A DNA stretch of 64,000 bases, taken from positions 32,459 through 96,458 of the forward strand of contig DYOU01000001.1 in the NCBI GenBank assembly GCA_020720365.1, given 5' to 3'. The position numbers were made by a program, and so were the translations under genes. This stretch comes from Candidatus Elulimicrobium sp. (GTDB lineage Bacteria > Omnitrophota > Gorgyraeia > Zapsychrales > Fredricksoniimonadaceae). Below the pieces are notes generated by a model. The model was given only the letters and a program-made list of their open reading frames with translations, was not told the DNA's origin and did not search any database. This document shows positions 47,372-57,341 of this stretch, piece after piece (within the stretch, counting starts at the first letter, position 1; the number at the start of each line of letters is the position of its first letter).

Positions 47372-49303
47372 ATGGCAAAATTTATTGGTATTGATCTGGG
47401 AACATCGAATTCAGCGGCGGCGGTCATGGAAGGCGGCCGTCCGGTGATCATTCCGTCAGCCGAAGGGGCTGGTGTGGCGTCGGGAAAAGCTTTCCCGTCA
47501 TTTGTAGCTTTTACGAAAGAAGGCGAGCGCTTGGTCGGTGAACCTGCCCGCCGTCAAGCTGCGGTGAATTCCCAGGGGACTATTTACGCGGCGAAGCGCA
47601 AGATGGGGACGGATCACAAGTTCAGTGTGAATGGCAAGGATTTTACGCCGCAGCAGGTATCCGCGTTCATTCTGCAGAAGATCAAGGCAGACGCCGAGAA
47701 GTATTTGGGTGATACCGTTGAGGGTGCCGTGATCACAGTTCCTGCGTATTTTAATGATAATCAGCGTCAGGCCACCAAGGACGCAGGAGAGATCGCAGGG
47801 CTTAAAGTCATGCGTATTATCAATGAGCCGACGGCTGCGTGTTTGGCGTATGGTATTGACAAAGCCGGCAAGGAACAGAAGATCATGGTGTTCGACCTTG
47901 GCGGCGGCACACTGGACGTGACGATCCTTGAAATGGGCGAAGGCGGTACATTTGAAGTCCTTTCCACGAGCGGAGATAATCTTCTCGGCGGTACAGATAT
48001 GGATAATGCCCTTATTGCGCATATTGTCAGTGAATTCAAGAAAGAGACCGGTGTTGATCTTTCGCAGGACAAGATGGCTTTTCATCGTTTACGTGAAGCG
48101 GCGGAAAAAGCCAAAGTCGAGTTGTCCAGTACCGTTCAGACAGAAGTTAACCTGCCGTTCATTACGGCCGATGCTTCTGGCCCGAAACATTTGGCATTGA
48201 CGCTTGACCGTGCCAAACTGGATTCCCTGGTGGGGCCTATTGTTGAGCGTTGTCGCGGACCGATCCGTCAGGCGTTGAAAGACGCGACAGCGAAGCTGGG
48301 CGAAGACGTCAAGGTTGACAAGATCATCATGGTTGGCGGTCCGACACGTATGCCGATCGTTCAGGATTTTGTGGAGAAAGAAGTTGCGCAAAAGATCGAG
48401 CGCGGGATTGATCCGATGGAATGCGTGGCGCTCGGCGCGGCTGTTCAGGCGGGTATCATCAAGGGAGATGTGAAGGATGTCCTGCTTCTTGACGTAACGC
48501 CGTTGACACTGGGTATTGAGACCATGGGTGGTGTCATGACGAAAATGATCGAGCGCAACACAACGATACCGACGAAGAAATCGAATGTCTTTTCGACAGC
48601 GGAAGATAATCAGCCTGCGGTGACGATCCGTGTCCTGCAGGGAGAACGACAGATGTCGAATGACAATGTAGAGCTTGGCCGGTTTGACCTTGTAGGTATC
48701 CCTCCGGCACCCCGCGGTGTTCCGCAGATCGAGGTTACCTTTGATATCGACGTGAACGGGATCGTTCATGTGCATGCGAAGGATAAAGCCACAGGCAAGG
48801 AACAGTCTATCCGTATCACGTCTCCGAAGAAATTGTCGGATGATGAGATCCAGAAGATGGTGAAAGAAGCCGAGAAATACGCGGAAGAGGACAAGAAGCG
48901 TAAAGAAGAAGCCGAGCTGCTGAATCAAGCCAATAATCTGGTATATTCGACGGAAAAATCGCTCAAGGATTATGGGGATAAAGTGCCTCAGGCGGAACGT
49001 GAAGCGATCATGAAAGAACTGGAAGCGCTGAAACAGGCGATTACGGATAAAGCGGCGGACCGTATCAAGGCGGGCATGGAGGCATTGACCAAAGTCAGCC
49101 ATAAGCTGGCAGAGGAAATGTATAAAGCCACAGCGGCTCAGGCCGGAGGCCCGGGCGCACAGGAAGGCTGCGGTGGCGGGTGTGGAGATAGTGCCGGTGC
49201 GGGAGCTCAGGATGGGGCGCCTTCCCAGGAGCCGAAAGCCGACGCGGCCCAAAAGCGTGAAGGGGTTATTGACGCTGACTTTGAAGTCAAGGATGACAAA
49301 TAA
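47372..49303 (+). CDS. dnaK: Molecular chaperone DnaK (Hsp70)
   Basis: [31 protein letters not shown] and other Hsp70 signatures. SD AAAGGAGG 8 nt upstream of ATG 47372. Confidence 0.95.
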   Translation: MAKFIGIDLGTSNSAAAVMEGGRPVIIPSAEGAGVASGKAFPSFVAFTKEGERLVGEPARRQAAVNSQGTIYAAKRKMGTDHKFSVNGKDFTPQQVSAFILQKIKADAEKYLGDTVEGAVITVPAYFNDNQRQATKDAGEIAGLKVMRIINEPTAACLAYGIDKAGKEQKIMVFDLGGGTLDVTILEMGEGGTFEVLSTSGDNLLGGTDMDNALIAHIVSEFKKETGVDLSQDKMAFHRLREAAEKAKVELSSTVQTEVNLPFITADASGPKHLALTLDRAKLDSLVGPIVERCRGPIRQALKDATAKLGEDVKVDKIIMVGGPTRMPIVQDFVEKEVAQKIERGIDPMECVALGAAVQAGIIKGDVKDVLLLDVTPLTLGIETMGGVMTKMIERNTTIPTKKSNVFSTAEDNQPAVTIRVLQGERQMSNDNVELGRFDLVGIPPAPRGVPQIEVTFDIDVNGIVHVHAKDKATGKEQSIRITSPKKLSDDEIQKMVKEAEKYAEEDKKRKEEAELLNQANNLVYSTEKSLKDYGDKVPQAEREAIMKELEALKQAITDKAADRIKAGMEALTKVSHKLAEEMYKATAAQAGGPGAQEGCGGGCGDSAGAGAQDGAPSQEPKADAAQKREGVIDADFEVKDDK

Positions 49304-49311
49304 AAGTAATT

Positions 49312-50442
49312 ATGAAAAAAGACTACTACGAAATACTAGGTGTTAAAAAAGACGCGTCAGTTGCCGATATCAAAAAAGTATATCGGCAGCTGGCCATGCG
49401 TTATCATCCTGACCGTGTTGAAGAAGCGGAGAAGAAGCAGGCCGAGGAGCGTTTCAAGGAGATCTCGGAAGCTTATGGCGTGCTGTCTGATGCTCAGAAA
49501 CGCCAGACCTATGATCAGTACGGCCATTCCGGGATCGATCAGAATTATACGTCGGAAGATATTTTCCGCGGCGCGGATTTCTCCAGTGTTTTCGGGGAGA
49601 GCGGGCTGGACGATATTTTGGGCCAGTTCTTCGGTGGTTCAACGGGAGGATCTCGTCGCCAGCAGCGCCGGCCGGCTCGCGGAAGGGATATTCAGTATGA
49701 GGCGGAGCTGACGCTGGAAGAGGTATTCAAGGGTGCCCGTAAGCCGATCAAGGTTCCGCGTAATGAGGTATGCCCTGACTGCAAGGGCAATGGTTCCAGG
49801 AACGGAACGGCTTTTGCGGAGTGTCAGACGTGCGGCGGCCGCGGTCAGGTGATGATGAATAGCGGTTTCTTTCGCATGGCGCAGACCTGTCCGGCTTGTC
49901 ATGGCGAGGGGCGCATTACGAAAGAAATATGCCCCAAGTGTAGTGGACGGGGGGCGCTCAAGCATGTGCGTGAGATCGAAGTTAATTTTCCGCGCGGCCT
50001 GGATAATGATTCCCAGATGCGCCTGCGTGGAGAAGGAGAGGTCGGACCGGGAGGCCCTGGAGACCTGTATCTTTTTATCCGCGTTAAACAGCATCCTGTT
50101 TTTCGTCGCTCAGGGAAAGACCTTGAACTTGACCTTCCGGTCAGTTTCGTGAAAGCTGCGCTCGGTGGTGAAGTTGTTGTACCGACCATTGAAGATCAGA
50201 TCACCATGAAAGTTCCGGCAGGAACAGAGAGCGGAAAAGTTTTTCGCGTCAAGGGCAAGGGGATGCCGGACCTGCGTGATGAGAATGCGTTCGGGGACAT
50301 TTATGCCCGTGTCATGATCGATGTTCCCAAAAAACTTTCCAATGAACAGCGCCGGTTGCTGGAAGAGTTTGCCAGGGCGAGCGGGGAAGTGCTGGCGGAA
50401 AATGAAAGCATTAAAGACAAGATCAAAAAAGTTTTTAAATAA
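49312..50442 (+). CDS. dnaJ: Co-chaperone DnaJ (J domain, G/F region, four CxxCxGxG zinc-finger repeats, C-terminal domain)
   Basis: DYYEILGV...HPD, CPDCKGNG/CQTCGGRG/CPACHGEG/CPKCSGRG. Confidence 0.93.
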   Translation: MKKDYYEILGVKKDASVADIKKVYRQLAMRYHPDRVEEAEKKQAEERFKEISEAYGVLSDAQKRQTYDQYGHSGIDQNYTSEDIFRGADFSSVFGESGLDDILGQFFGGSTGGSRRQQRRPARGRDIQYEAELTLEEVFKGARKPIKVPRNEVCPDCKGNGSRNGTAFAECQTCGGRGQVMMNSGFFRMAQTCPACHGEGRITKEICPKCSGRGALKHVREIEVNFPRGLDNDSQMRLRGEGEVGPGGPGDLYLFIRVKQHPVFRRSGKDLELDLPVSFVKAALGGEVVVPTIEDQITMKVPAGTESGKVFRVKGKGMPDLRDENAFGDIYARVMIDVPKKLSNEQRRLLEEFARASGEVLAENESIKDKIKKVFK

Positions 50443-50482
50443 TGTACGGCAGCCGTAACAATCGCGCGGGGTTCCTGTTCAC

Positions 50483-51553
50483 ATGAAAAGGGTACTGATC
50501 ACAGGCGGCTGCGGGTTTATCGGGTCAAGTTGCGCTATAGACCTGGCATTGCGCGGCTATGCGGTGACGGTGCTAGATAATCTTAGCCGCCGCGGATCGG
50601 AGTTCCTTCGTGCTGTAGTTGAAGCTCAGGGCATAGATTTTGTTCTCGGGGATATCCGTCAGCCAGGAGATCTGGCCAGATTGAGCGGTGAATTTTCCTT
50701 GATGATCGAATGCAGTGCCGAACCTTCGGCTTTTGCGGCAATGCAGGGGAAAGACGCGCGCCATCTGCTGGATGTTAATTTGCTGGGAGCGATCAATTGT
50801 TTTGAATGGGCCCGCGAACATGGCGTGCCTGTTCTGTTTCTTTCCAGTTCGCGGGTGTATCCGCATGATCGCATCAATTCCTGTCAGTATAAAGAATCAG
50901 AAGATCGCTTTAACCTTGCGGCCGACGCTCCGGGGATCGGAAGTCAGGGTATTCAATTGGATATGCCTCTTCAGGGAGTGCGTTCACTTTATGGCGCCAG
51001 TAAACTGTCAGCGGAAATGATCCTTCAGGAATATGCCTTTCTCTACAAACTTCCGTCGATCATTGATCGTTGCGGGGTGATCGCTGGGCCTGGTCAATTG
51101 GGGCGGAGCGATCAAGGGTTTTTTACCTATTGGCTGGCGGGGCATTATTTCAAGAGGCCTTTGCAATATATGGGGTTTGGCGGCCTGGGGAAACAGGTCC
51201 GGGACCTTTTGCATATCCAGGATCTTGTGCGCCTTCTGGCAGAGCAGGCGGAATGTTTGATCAAGAGGCCGGCTGAGTTCCAGGGAAAAATATTTAATGT
51301 TGGTGGGGCGATCGAGCGGACGCTTTCTTTAAAGGAAGCGACCGCGATCTGTGCTGAGTTAACAGGACATACGCTGAGGATCGGAAGTGTTCCTGGAACG
51401 CGGCCGGGAGACGTGATCTGGCAGGTGATGGATAATTGTGAAACGAGTCGTTTCTTTCATTGGCAGCCGCAGATCCCTGTGCAGGGGATCCTGGAAGATA
51501 CCTATCGATGGCTGCGAGATAATGAAAAGAATTTGAAAGATATTATTGTGTAA
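50483..51553 (+). CDS. NAD-dependent epimerase/dehydratase (extended SDR; CDP-paratose-2-epimerase/UDP-sugar epimerase-like)
   Basis: VLITGGCGFIGS Rossmann motif, YxxxK (YGASK); 356 aa. Confidence 0.75.
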   Translation: MKRVLITGGCGFIGSSCAIDLALRGYAVTVLDNLSRRGSEFLRAVVEAQGIDFVLGDIRQPGDLARLSGEFSLMIECSAEPSAFAAMQGKDARHLLDVNLLGAINCFEWAREHGVPVLFLSSSRVYPHDRINSCQYKESEDRFNLAADAPGIGSQGIQLDMPLQGVRSLYGASKLSAEMILQEYAFLYKLPSIIDRCGVIAGPGQLGRSDQGFFTYWLAGHYFKRPLQYMGFGGLGKQVRDLLHIQDLVRLLAEQAECLIKRPAEFQGKIFNVGGAIERTLSLKEATAICAELTGHTLRIGSVPGTRPGDVIWQVMDNCETSRFFHWQPQIPVQGILEDTYRWLRDNEKNLKDIIV

Positions 51554-51559
51554 CTCTCC

Positions 51560-52639
51560 TTGGAGAAAAAGATGAAGATCGCATTGGTGTCTGGATCTGC
51601 CGGGCTTGTTGGTTCTGAAGCGGTCCGGTTTTTTCACGGGAAAGGTTTTCAGGTTGTCGGGATCGATAATAATATGCGCAAGGTCTTCTTCGGCGAGGAG
51701 GGGACAACCGCATGGAATCTGACGGAACTTCGGGCTGAATGCGGTGATGGATTCATGAATCATGATGTAGATATTCGGGATGCCGTTGCTGTTGCGCGTG
51801 TTTTTGCCGAATATGGTCAAGATATTGACGTGATCATTCATACGGCGGCTCAGCCTAGCCATGACTGGGCTTCAAAAGAACCCATTATTGATTTTAGTGT
51901 GAATGCGCTGGGAACTCTTCATTTGCTTGAGAGTGCGCGCAAGTATTGCCCGCAGGCTGTCTTTATTTCCATGTCTACCAATAAAGTGTATGGTGATCAT
52001 TGTAATCGTCTGCCTTTGGTCGAGCTGGAAACACGCTGGGAGCTGGACCCGTCGCACCCGTATTTTTCAAAAGGGATCGATGAGCAAATGCCTCTGGATC
52101 AGAGCACACATTCCCTGTTCGGCGCGTCAAAACTTTCGGCGGATATCCTGACGCAGGAGTATGGGCGGTATTTTGGCATGAAGACCGGTACGTTTCGCGG
52201 CGGATGTTTATCGGGATCCCGGCATAGCGGAGTACAGCAGCATGGCTATTTGGCCTATTTAATGCGGTGTGCCATGATCAGGCGGGAGTACCAGATCCTG
52301 GGGTATAAGGGCAAACAGGTACGGGATAATATTCACAGTTATGATCTGGTGAATGCTTTTTATCATTTCTACGAGAATCCCCGGTGCGGGGAAGTGTATA
52401 ACATCGGCGGCAGCCGGTTCAGCCATTGCTCCTTGCTGGAGTCTGTTCAGATGTGCGAAAAGATCACAGGCAACAAGATGAAGATCTCCTATGTGGAGGC
52501 GAATCGTCGGGCTGATAATATCTGGTGGGTGAGTGATGTCTCTAAATTTTCTGGCCATTATCCATCCTGGGAGTTGACTAGGAATTCTGAAGATATCCTG
52601 ACAGAACTGTTTACGTATAACCATTCTCGTTGGGTCTAA
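51560..52639 (+). CDS. NAD-dependent epimerase/dehydratase family protein (second paralog); likely start ATG 51572
   Basis: [12 protein letters not shown] glycine-rich motif, FGASK catalytic motif; 359 aa. Confidence 0.7.
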   Translation: MEKKMKIALVSGSAGLVGSEAVRFFHGKGFQVVGIDNNMRKVFFGEEGTTAWNLTELRAECGDGFMNHDVDIRDAVAVARVFAEYGQDIDVIIHTAAQPSHDWASKEPIIDFSVNALGTLHLLESARKYCPQAVFISMSTNKVYGDHCNRLPLVELETRWELDPSHPYFSKGIDEQMPLDQSTHSLFGASKLSADILTQEYGRYFGMKTGTFRGGCLSGSRHSGVQQHGYLAYLMRCAMIRREYQILGYKGKQVRDNIHSYDLVNAFYHFYENPRCGEVYNIGGSRFSHCSLLESVQMCEKITGNKMKISYVEANRRADNIWWVSDVSKFSGHYPSWELTRNSEDILTELFTYNHSRWV

Positions 52640-52642
52640 TCG

Positions 52643-53572
52643 GTGAGCAGGGACACTCTCGTTAGTGTAGTCATTCCTACCTGCGGCCGAAATGATTATT
52701 ATATTTCTTGTATTCAGTCGCTTCTTCAGCAGGCGCATTCCTTCTTAGATATTATTGTGGTGGAGAATTCAGGGGATCTGGCTCTTGAGGGGAAGGCCCT
52801 GGTGCTTTGCCCGGCGGCAAGGGTTGTTCAGGCTCCGCAGGGATCATCGTATTGCGATCTAATGAACACAGGGATCGGGTTAAGCCGTGGTGAGCATATT
52901 CTTTGCCTGAATGATGATGTAACGCTTGATCCGGCGTTTCTTGAGAATGCGTTGAAAGGTTTTACGCTGGATCCTCGCATAGGGATGGTCACAGGCAAGG
53001 TGTTAAGGCAGGATCGAACGACGCTGGATACGACAGGTTTGTTCCTGGGTATTTGCAGGACAGCACAAGAAAGAGGGTATGGGCAGGCGGACCGCGGGCA
53101 ATTCCAGAGGGAGGGGTTTATTTTTGGCGTGTGTGGGGCGGCTGCTTTTTATCGTAAGACGATGCTTGATGAGATCAGGGAAGGTCAAGATTGGTTTGAT
53201 CCTCGTTACCGGTTCTTTTATGAAGACCTTGATATTGCATGGAGAGCGCAGAGAAGAGGTTGGAACGCTTACTACATACCTGATGCGGTGGCGTATCATG
53301 TGCGCGGAGGTTCTATCCGTGGCAACGGAGGGCAGGGGAAGCCATTTGCCCGGAAATATTTAAGTGATGAAATGCATGCAGCCTTGATCCGGAACCGATA
53401 CAGGACAATCATGAAGAATGAAACGTTGGGCGGGCTTATCCTTCATTTGATCCCGATCATCCTGTATGAGCTTTGGGCATGGGCCTATATTATTTTCTTC
53501 AGGCCGAATGTTGTGAGGGTATTTGTTGCGGAGCTTTGTTCAGTAAAAGGCCTAGCAGAATACACCAGATAA
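52643..53572 (+). CDS. Family 2 glycosyltransferase (rhamnosyl/galactosyl-transferase-like GT2)
   Basis: VSVVIPTCGRNDY, LNDDV (DxD) motifs; 309 aa. Confidence 0.75.
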   Translation: MSRDTLVSVVIPTCGRNDYYISCIQSLLQQAHSFLDIIVVENSGDLALEGKALVLCPAARVVQAPQGSSYCDLMNTGIGLSRGEHILCLNDDVTLDPAFLENALKGFTLDPRIGMVTGKVLRQDRTTLDTTGLFLGICRTAQERGYGQADRGQFQREGFIFGVCGAAAFYRKTMLDEIREGQDWFDPRYRFFYEDLDIAWRAQRRGWNAYYIPDAVAYHVRGGSIRGNGGQGKPFARKYLSDEMHAALIRNRYRTIMKNETLGGLILHLIPIILYELWAWAYIIFFRPNVVRVFVAELCSVKGLAEYTR

Positions 53573-54662
53573 AACATGTTTCCGGAAAGAAGAATGTAAA
53601 GTCGATGCAGTTATGGAGAAGAAAGGCCAGTGATCCGCATAGCAGCCCTGCCGTCACAGGTTTGTCCGCGGCTGTTTCCAGGGCACGAAATCCTGAGCGG
53701 ATAAGTGTTGTTATCAGAAATATAAAAGAAGCGAAACCCGCCAGGCCTGTTTCTGCCCATAGCTGAAGAAAGTTGTTATGCGCATAGCGGGCGTTGATCA
53801 GGTCAAGATGGCCGAGCCCGATCCCGAACAAGAGATGTTCCTTGATGATCAGGGCTGTCTGCAGCCAATAACTTAAACGCATTCGCATGGAGTAGTCTGG
53901 CTGGAAATGTTGGAATTGGGATGATGTTCGGAGGGCAAAGATGGCCGCTGCCAGAGTGAATAGCCCGATCAGCAGTACGGTTATAAGGAGCGTAATGGTG
54001 CTGTCTTTTTCTTTCTTTTGTTTGAACGCGAAGAAAATAGCCGCGGCAGCCAGTAAACAGACGATCGCTCCGATAGATTTGGAGAGCAGAAGGGCGAAAA
54101 ACAGCGGCAGGACGACCCAGGCATTGTCTTTCAGTGTAAGGGCAAGAGGAATGATCATAATGAGGTATCCCGCGAGTGTATTGGGAGTAATAAAAGGTGT
54201 AAACACCCTTTGCTGGGCAATGAAGTTACGGGCAACCGGATCAACGGTCTTTGTTTCATTCAGATAGTTTTTAATATTCTGGAATCCGCTGAAAAACTGA
54301 TTAAGATCCAGGAAGCTGATGAAGACCGCCGTCAGAATAAGGGTTATGATGACGGTGTTCTTTTGATCTTCTGCCAAAGACCGGCAAACGAAGAACAGCA
54401 GAATGCCATTCAGATATTGCAACAGGGTTAAAGCAGAGAGCAGCTTGTTGTGAGAGGGGATTAATGAGAATAAAAGAGCGGCTATGAATAACAGGACTGC
54501 CGTTGTCAATCTTCGATCGTCCCATAAAGGTGTTTCCTGAATGAATATCCAGCTGGCCAGAAAAGTGGCAAGCGCGATAGAATGCATCAGGTTGAACTCA
54601 GGGAAGGCTGTTGAGCAGATGAACGGACGGATAATAATCAGAAGTAATAGCAGAATAAACAT
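53499..54662 (-). CDS. O-antigen ligase/Wzy-like polytopic membrane protein (Wzy_C-type)
   Basis: ~10 hydrophobic helices; pattern with conserved R/H-containing periplasmic loop region (YAHNNFLQLWAETG). 3' end overlaps the convergent GT2 gene. Confidence 0.55.
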   Translation of the reverse strand: MFILLLLLIIIRPFICSTAFPEFNLMHSIALATFLASWIFIQETPLWDDRRLTTAVLLFIAALLFSLIPSHNKLLSALTLLQYLNGILLFFVCRSLAEDQKNTVIITLILTAVFISFLDLNQFFSGFQNIKNYLNETKTVDPVARNFIAQQRVFTPFITPNTLAGYLIMIIPLALTLKDNAWVVLPLFFALLLSKSIGAIVCLLAAAAIFFAFKQKKEKDSTITLLITVLLIGLFTLAAAIFALRTSSQFQHFQPDYSMRMRLSYWLQTALIIKEHLLFGIGLGHLDLINARYAHNNFLQLWAETGLAGFASFIFLITTLIRSGFRALETAADKPVTAGLLCGSLAFLLHNCIDFTFFFPETCFIWCILLGLLLNKAPQQIPSQHSA

Positions 54663-54747
54663 GAATTTAAGTATACAATATCTTTAAGTTGTTTCCTATA
54701 ACATCACAATATTTTCAATGATTAATGGATCATTCAAGGATGAATTA

Positions 54748-54912
54748 ATGACATGGCTGCTGATGTTCTTCTGATCATTTGCCCTGTTTGGGCTGTTGAT
54801 TTACCTTCTTCAGGCCTGCTTATATCGCGGCTTATTTAGAGAAGAAGGGTGTTCCATGCGACATTCTGGATTTAAACCTTGTTATGTACGAGTCTAAATT
54901 CATGTAATGTGA
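54748..54912 (+). pseudogene. Frameshifted N-terminal remnant of a B12-binding-domain radical SAM gene
   Basis: Frame a: MAADVLLIICPVWAVDLPSSGLL... stops. +2 frame continues PAYIAAYLEKKGVPCDILDLNLVMYESKFM*, the canonical start of a B12-binding domain (LP.LGLAY.AAYL.K.G..V...D). No downstream domain; a related intact gene starts at 62090. Confidence 0.55.
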
Positions 54913-55204
54913 CGGCGTCAACTGATCCTGAGATCTTTCCGGAAAAGTTCGGGATAATATTTCCAGAAGGGAAAAGCCCGTGCGAGTATTGGGAAAGTTC
55001 AGACGGGACGAATACGTTTGATGTCAGAAAGCGCAGGGTTTTGGAGATCTTTCAGTTATTAAAAGAACTGAAAGTTACAACATATTATGTAGGTATTTAT
55101 GATGGAGATAGTCCTCTCTAAGAGGCTTGTCGGAAAGGTAGAATGTGTGGCTGGTATAAGTATTTGTGCGGATATTGTTAGATAGGCCAGTCCGGTCAGG
55201 AATA

Positions 55205-56365
55205 ATGCCCGAAAAAAAGATTAATGTACTTTATGTGATCACCAAGCTTGAATTAGGCGGCGCTCAAACGCATGCGCTCGATCTGATTCGGAGTATTGAC
55301 CAGAACAAGTTTAATGTATTTCTTTTCTCTGCGCGGGAAGGGCTGTTAGTTGAGCAGGCGTTGAATATTCCCGGATTGAATTTTTATCGCTCGTCTTTTC
55401 TGGAACGGCGTATTCATCCGGTTAAAGATGTTTGTACGGTTATTTCTTTATATTTCTATATCAAAAAGCATAAGATTGATTTCATTCATACACATAGTTC
55501 AAAGGCTGGTATTTTAGGAAGGTTCGCGGCGAAAGCGGCGGGATTGAGAGGCATTGTTCATACCGTTCATGGTTGGAGTTTTCATGAATATCAGTCGAAG
55601 GTTGTGTATAATATCTTTCTTTATTTAGAGCGACTTTGCGCGCGATTTACTGATAGACTGATCGTTGTTTCTCTGCTTGACCGGGAGACGGGTGTTCAGC
55701 TGGGGGTAGGGCCGCCAGAAAAGTATAGACTCATTCGATGCGGGTTGGATGCAGAGCGTTTTAGTGTCAAAGGGCCGCTCGCGAGTGCGCGGGCAGCATT
55801 GGGGTTATCTGAAACTGATCTTGTGGTTGGGATGGTGGCCTGTTTCAAGCCGCAGAAAGATCCCTTAAGTTTTGTTCGATTAGCTGCGGCTGTCAGAGAA
55901 AAGCTCCCGCATGTTAGATTTTTCTTGGTTGGTGACGGAGTCTTGCGGGGGGAGATCGCGCGTTTGATTGGAAGTTTTGGCCTTCAGGAGAATATTCTTT
56001 TATTGGGATGGCGCCGGGATATGCCGTTGATTTATGCGGCCATGGACCTGTGCGTATTGACGTCATTATGGGAGGGCTTGCCGATCGCTATCATGGAGGC
56101 GATGGCGTCAGGCGTTCCCGTGATTGTTACGGATACCGGAGGTGTTCGGGATGTTGTCCGGGATGGAGAAACGGGCTATTTGGTTAAAGCCGCGGATGTT
56201 GAGGCTATGCGGGATAAAGTGATATTGTTATTGAAAGATCCGGAGTTAAGGGAAGATATAGCGGGAAGAGCCGTGGAATGGATCAGGAATGATCTGTTTT
56301 CTTTAAGGCATATGATGCATAAAGTTGAGGGCTTGTATCAGGAGCTTTGGATTAAGCATGGGTAA
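55205..56365 (+). CDS. Family 4 (GT-B) glycosyltransferase
   Basis: EGLPIAIMEAMASGVPVIVTDTGG (E-x7-E region) typical of GT4; 386 aa. Confidence 0.8.
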   Translation: MPEKKINVLYVITKLELGGAQTHALDLIRSIDQNKFNVFLFSAREGLLVEQALNIPGLNFYRSSFLERRIHPVKDVCTVISLYFYIKKHKIDFIHTHSSKAGILGRFAAKAAGLRGIVHTVHGWSFHEYQSKVVYNIFLYLERLCARFTDRLIVVSLLDRETGVQLGVGPPEKYRLIRCGLDAERFSVKGPLASARAALGLSETDLVVGMVACFKPQKDPLSFVRLAAAVREKLPHVRFFLVGDGVLRGEIARLIGSFGLQENILLLGWRRDMPLIYAAMDLCVLTSLWEGLPIAIMEAMASGVPVIVTDTGGVRDVVRDGETGYLVKAADVEAMRDKVILLLKDPELREDIAGRAVEWIRNDLFSLRHMMHKVEGLYQELWIKHG

Positions 56366-57341
56366 ATATTTATTTCTTTTCTCTTCAGTGTTTGTTTTTA
56401 GCCTGTTTGTCATGTGGGTTTTACGTAAGTTTGCGTTTAAGACCAAGGTTTTAGTTTCAAAGAATATTGCGTTGATCGGCGGAATAGGTATTGCTATCGG
56501 GCTGGCTTTCTCGTCAGGTCTTGGTTTTCTTGTTTTTGGCCTTGATCCGCGTCAGATCGTGCCTGTTATCGGGATATCTCTGGTCATGCTGTTATTTGGA
56601 GTCATGGATGATCTGCGAGAGGCCTCAGTTCTTCAAAAGATTCTATTACAGTGTATCGGAGCGGTATTGCTGATCAGTATCGATATCAGGACGCATATTG
56701 TGTACCTGGATTACTGGAGTAATTGCGTTATTACTTTTTTTTGGATTCTGGGGATTACGAACGCGTTGAATTTGTTGGATACAATGGATGGGTTAAGTTC
56801 GGGAGTTGCGTTCATTGCGACGATCGCATTGTTTGTTCTTTCACTCTTTTATCCTGATATTAATATTCAAATACTGGCGTTAGGTTTATCGGCCGCTATT
56901 CTCGGGTTCCTTGTTTTTAATATCCCTCCGGCAACGATTTATTTAGGAAATGCCGGGAGTCACTTTTTAGGCTTTCTTCTGGCGGCGCTTACTTTGATGG
57001 TGAGTTATACTGTCCTGGACAGTTCAGTGGCCCTGGTGTGTCCCATTATTATTCTTTGGGTTCCTTTGCTTGAAACGGTGTGTTTGATCTATTTTCGTTT
57101 AAGAAAAAGCATTATTCCATTTAATAAAAGTAATGATCATATCGCCTTCAGATTGATGGCTTTAGGGTGTACGCGTCACGGTGTATTATTGATCATGCTG
57201 GGATTGGCGTTGTTTTGCGCGCTTTGCGGGATAATGATTGGCCGGATGAATAATATTATTGGGGCGGTAATTGTGATGGCCGTTGTTATCGTGAGTTTTT
57301 TCTTTTTTAAAGTGCTGACGAAAGCCGAGTGCCATGGCTAA
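56358..57341 (+). CDS. Polyprenyl-phosphate N-acetylhexosamine-1-phosphate transferase (WecA/WbpL/MraY family, initiating enzyme)
   Basis: NALNLLDTMDGLSSG (NxxNxxDGxDGL) motif, ~10 TM helices; 327 aa; overlaps upstream GT4 stop. Confidence 0.8.
   Translation: MGKYLFLFSSVFVFSLFVMWVLRKFAFKTKVLVSKNIALIGGIGIAIGLAFSSGLGFLVFGLDPRQIVPVIGISLVMLLFGVMDDLREASVLQKILLQCIGAVLLISIDIRTHIVYLDYWSNCVITFFWILGITNALNLLDTMDGLSSGVAFIATIALFVLSLFYPDINIQILALGLSAAILGFLVFNIPPATIYLGNAGSHFLGFLLAALTLMVSYTVLDSSVALVCPIIILWVPLLETVCLIYFRLRKSIIPFNKSNDHIAFRLMALGCTRHGVLLIMLGLALFCALCGIMIGRMNNIIGAVIVMAVVIVSFFFFKVLTKAECHG

Noticed and set aside
48089-49252. 387-aa ORF antisense to dnaK
   Set aside because: It is fully embedded opposite a highly conserved gene. 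The product is Arg-rich low complexity typical of GC-rich antisense frames.
54879-55121. 80-aa ORF in the AT-rich spacer of the glycan cluster
   Set aside because: No SD, no recognisable motif. It sits immediately after the decayed B12-rSAM fragment, so it is more likely gene debris than a functional gene. Kept only as part of the pseudogene finding.
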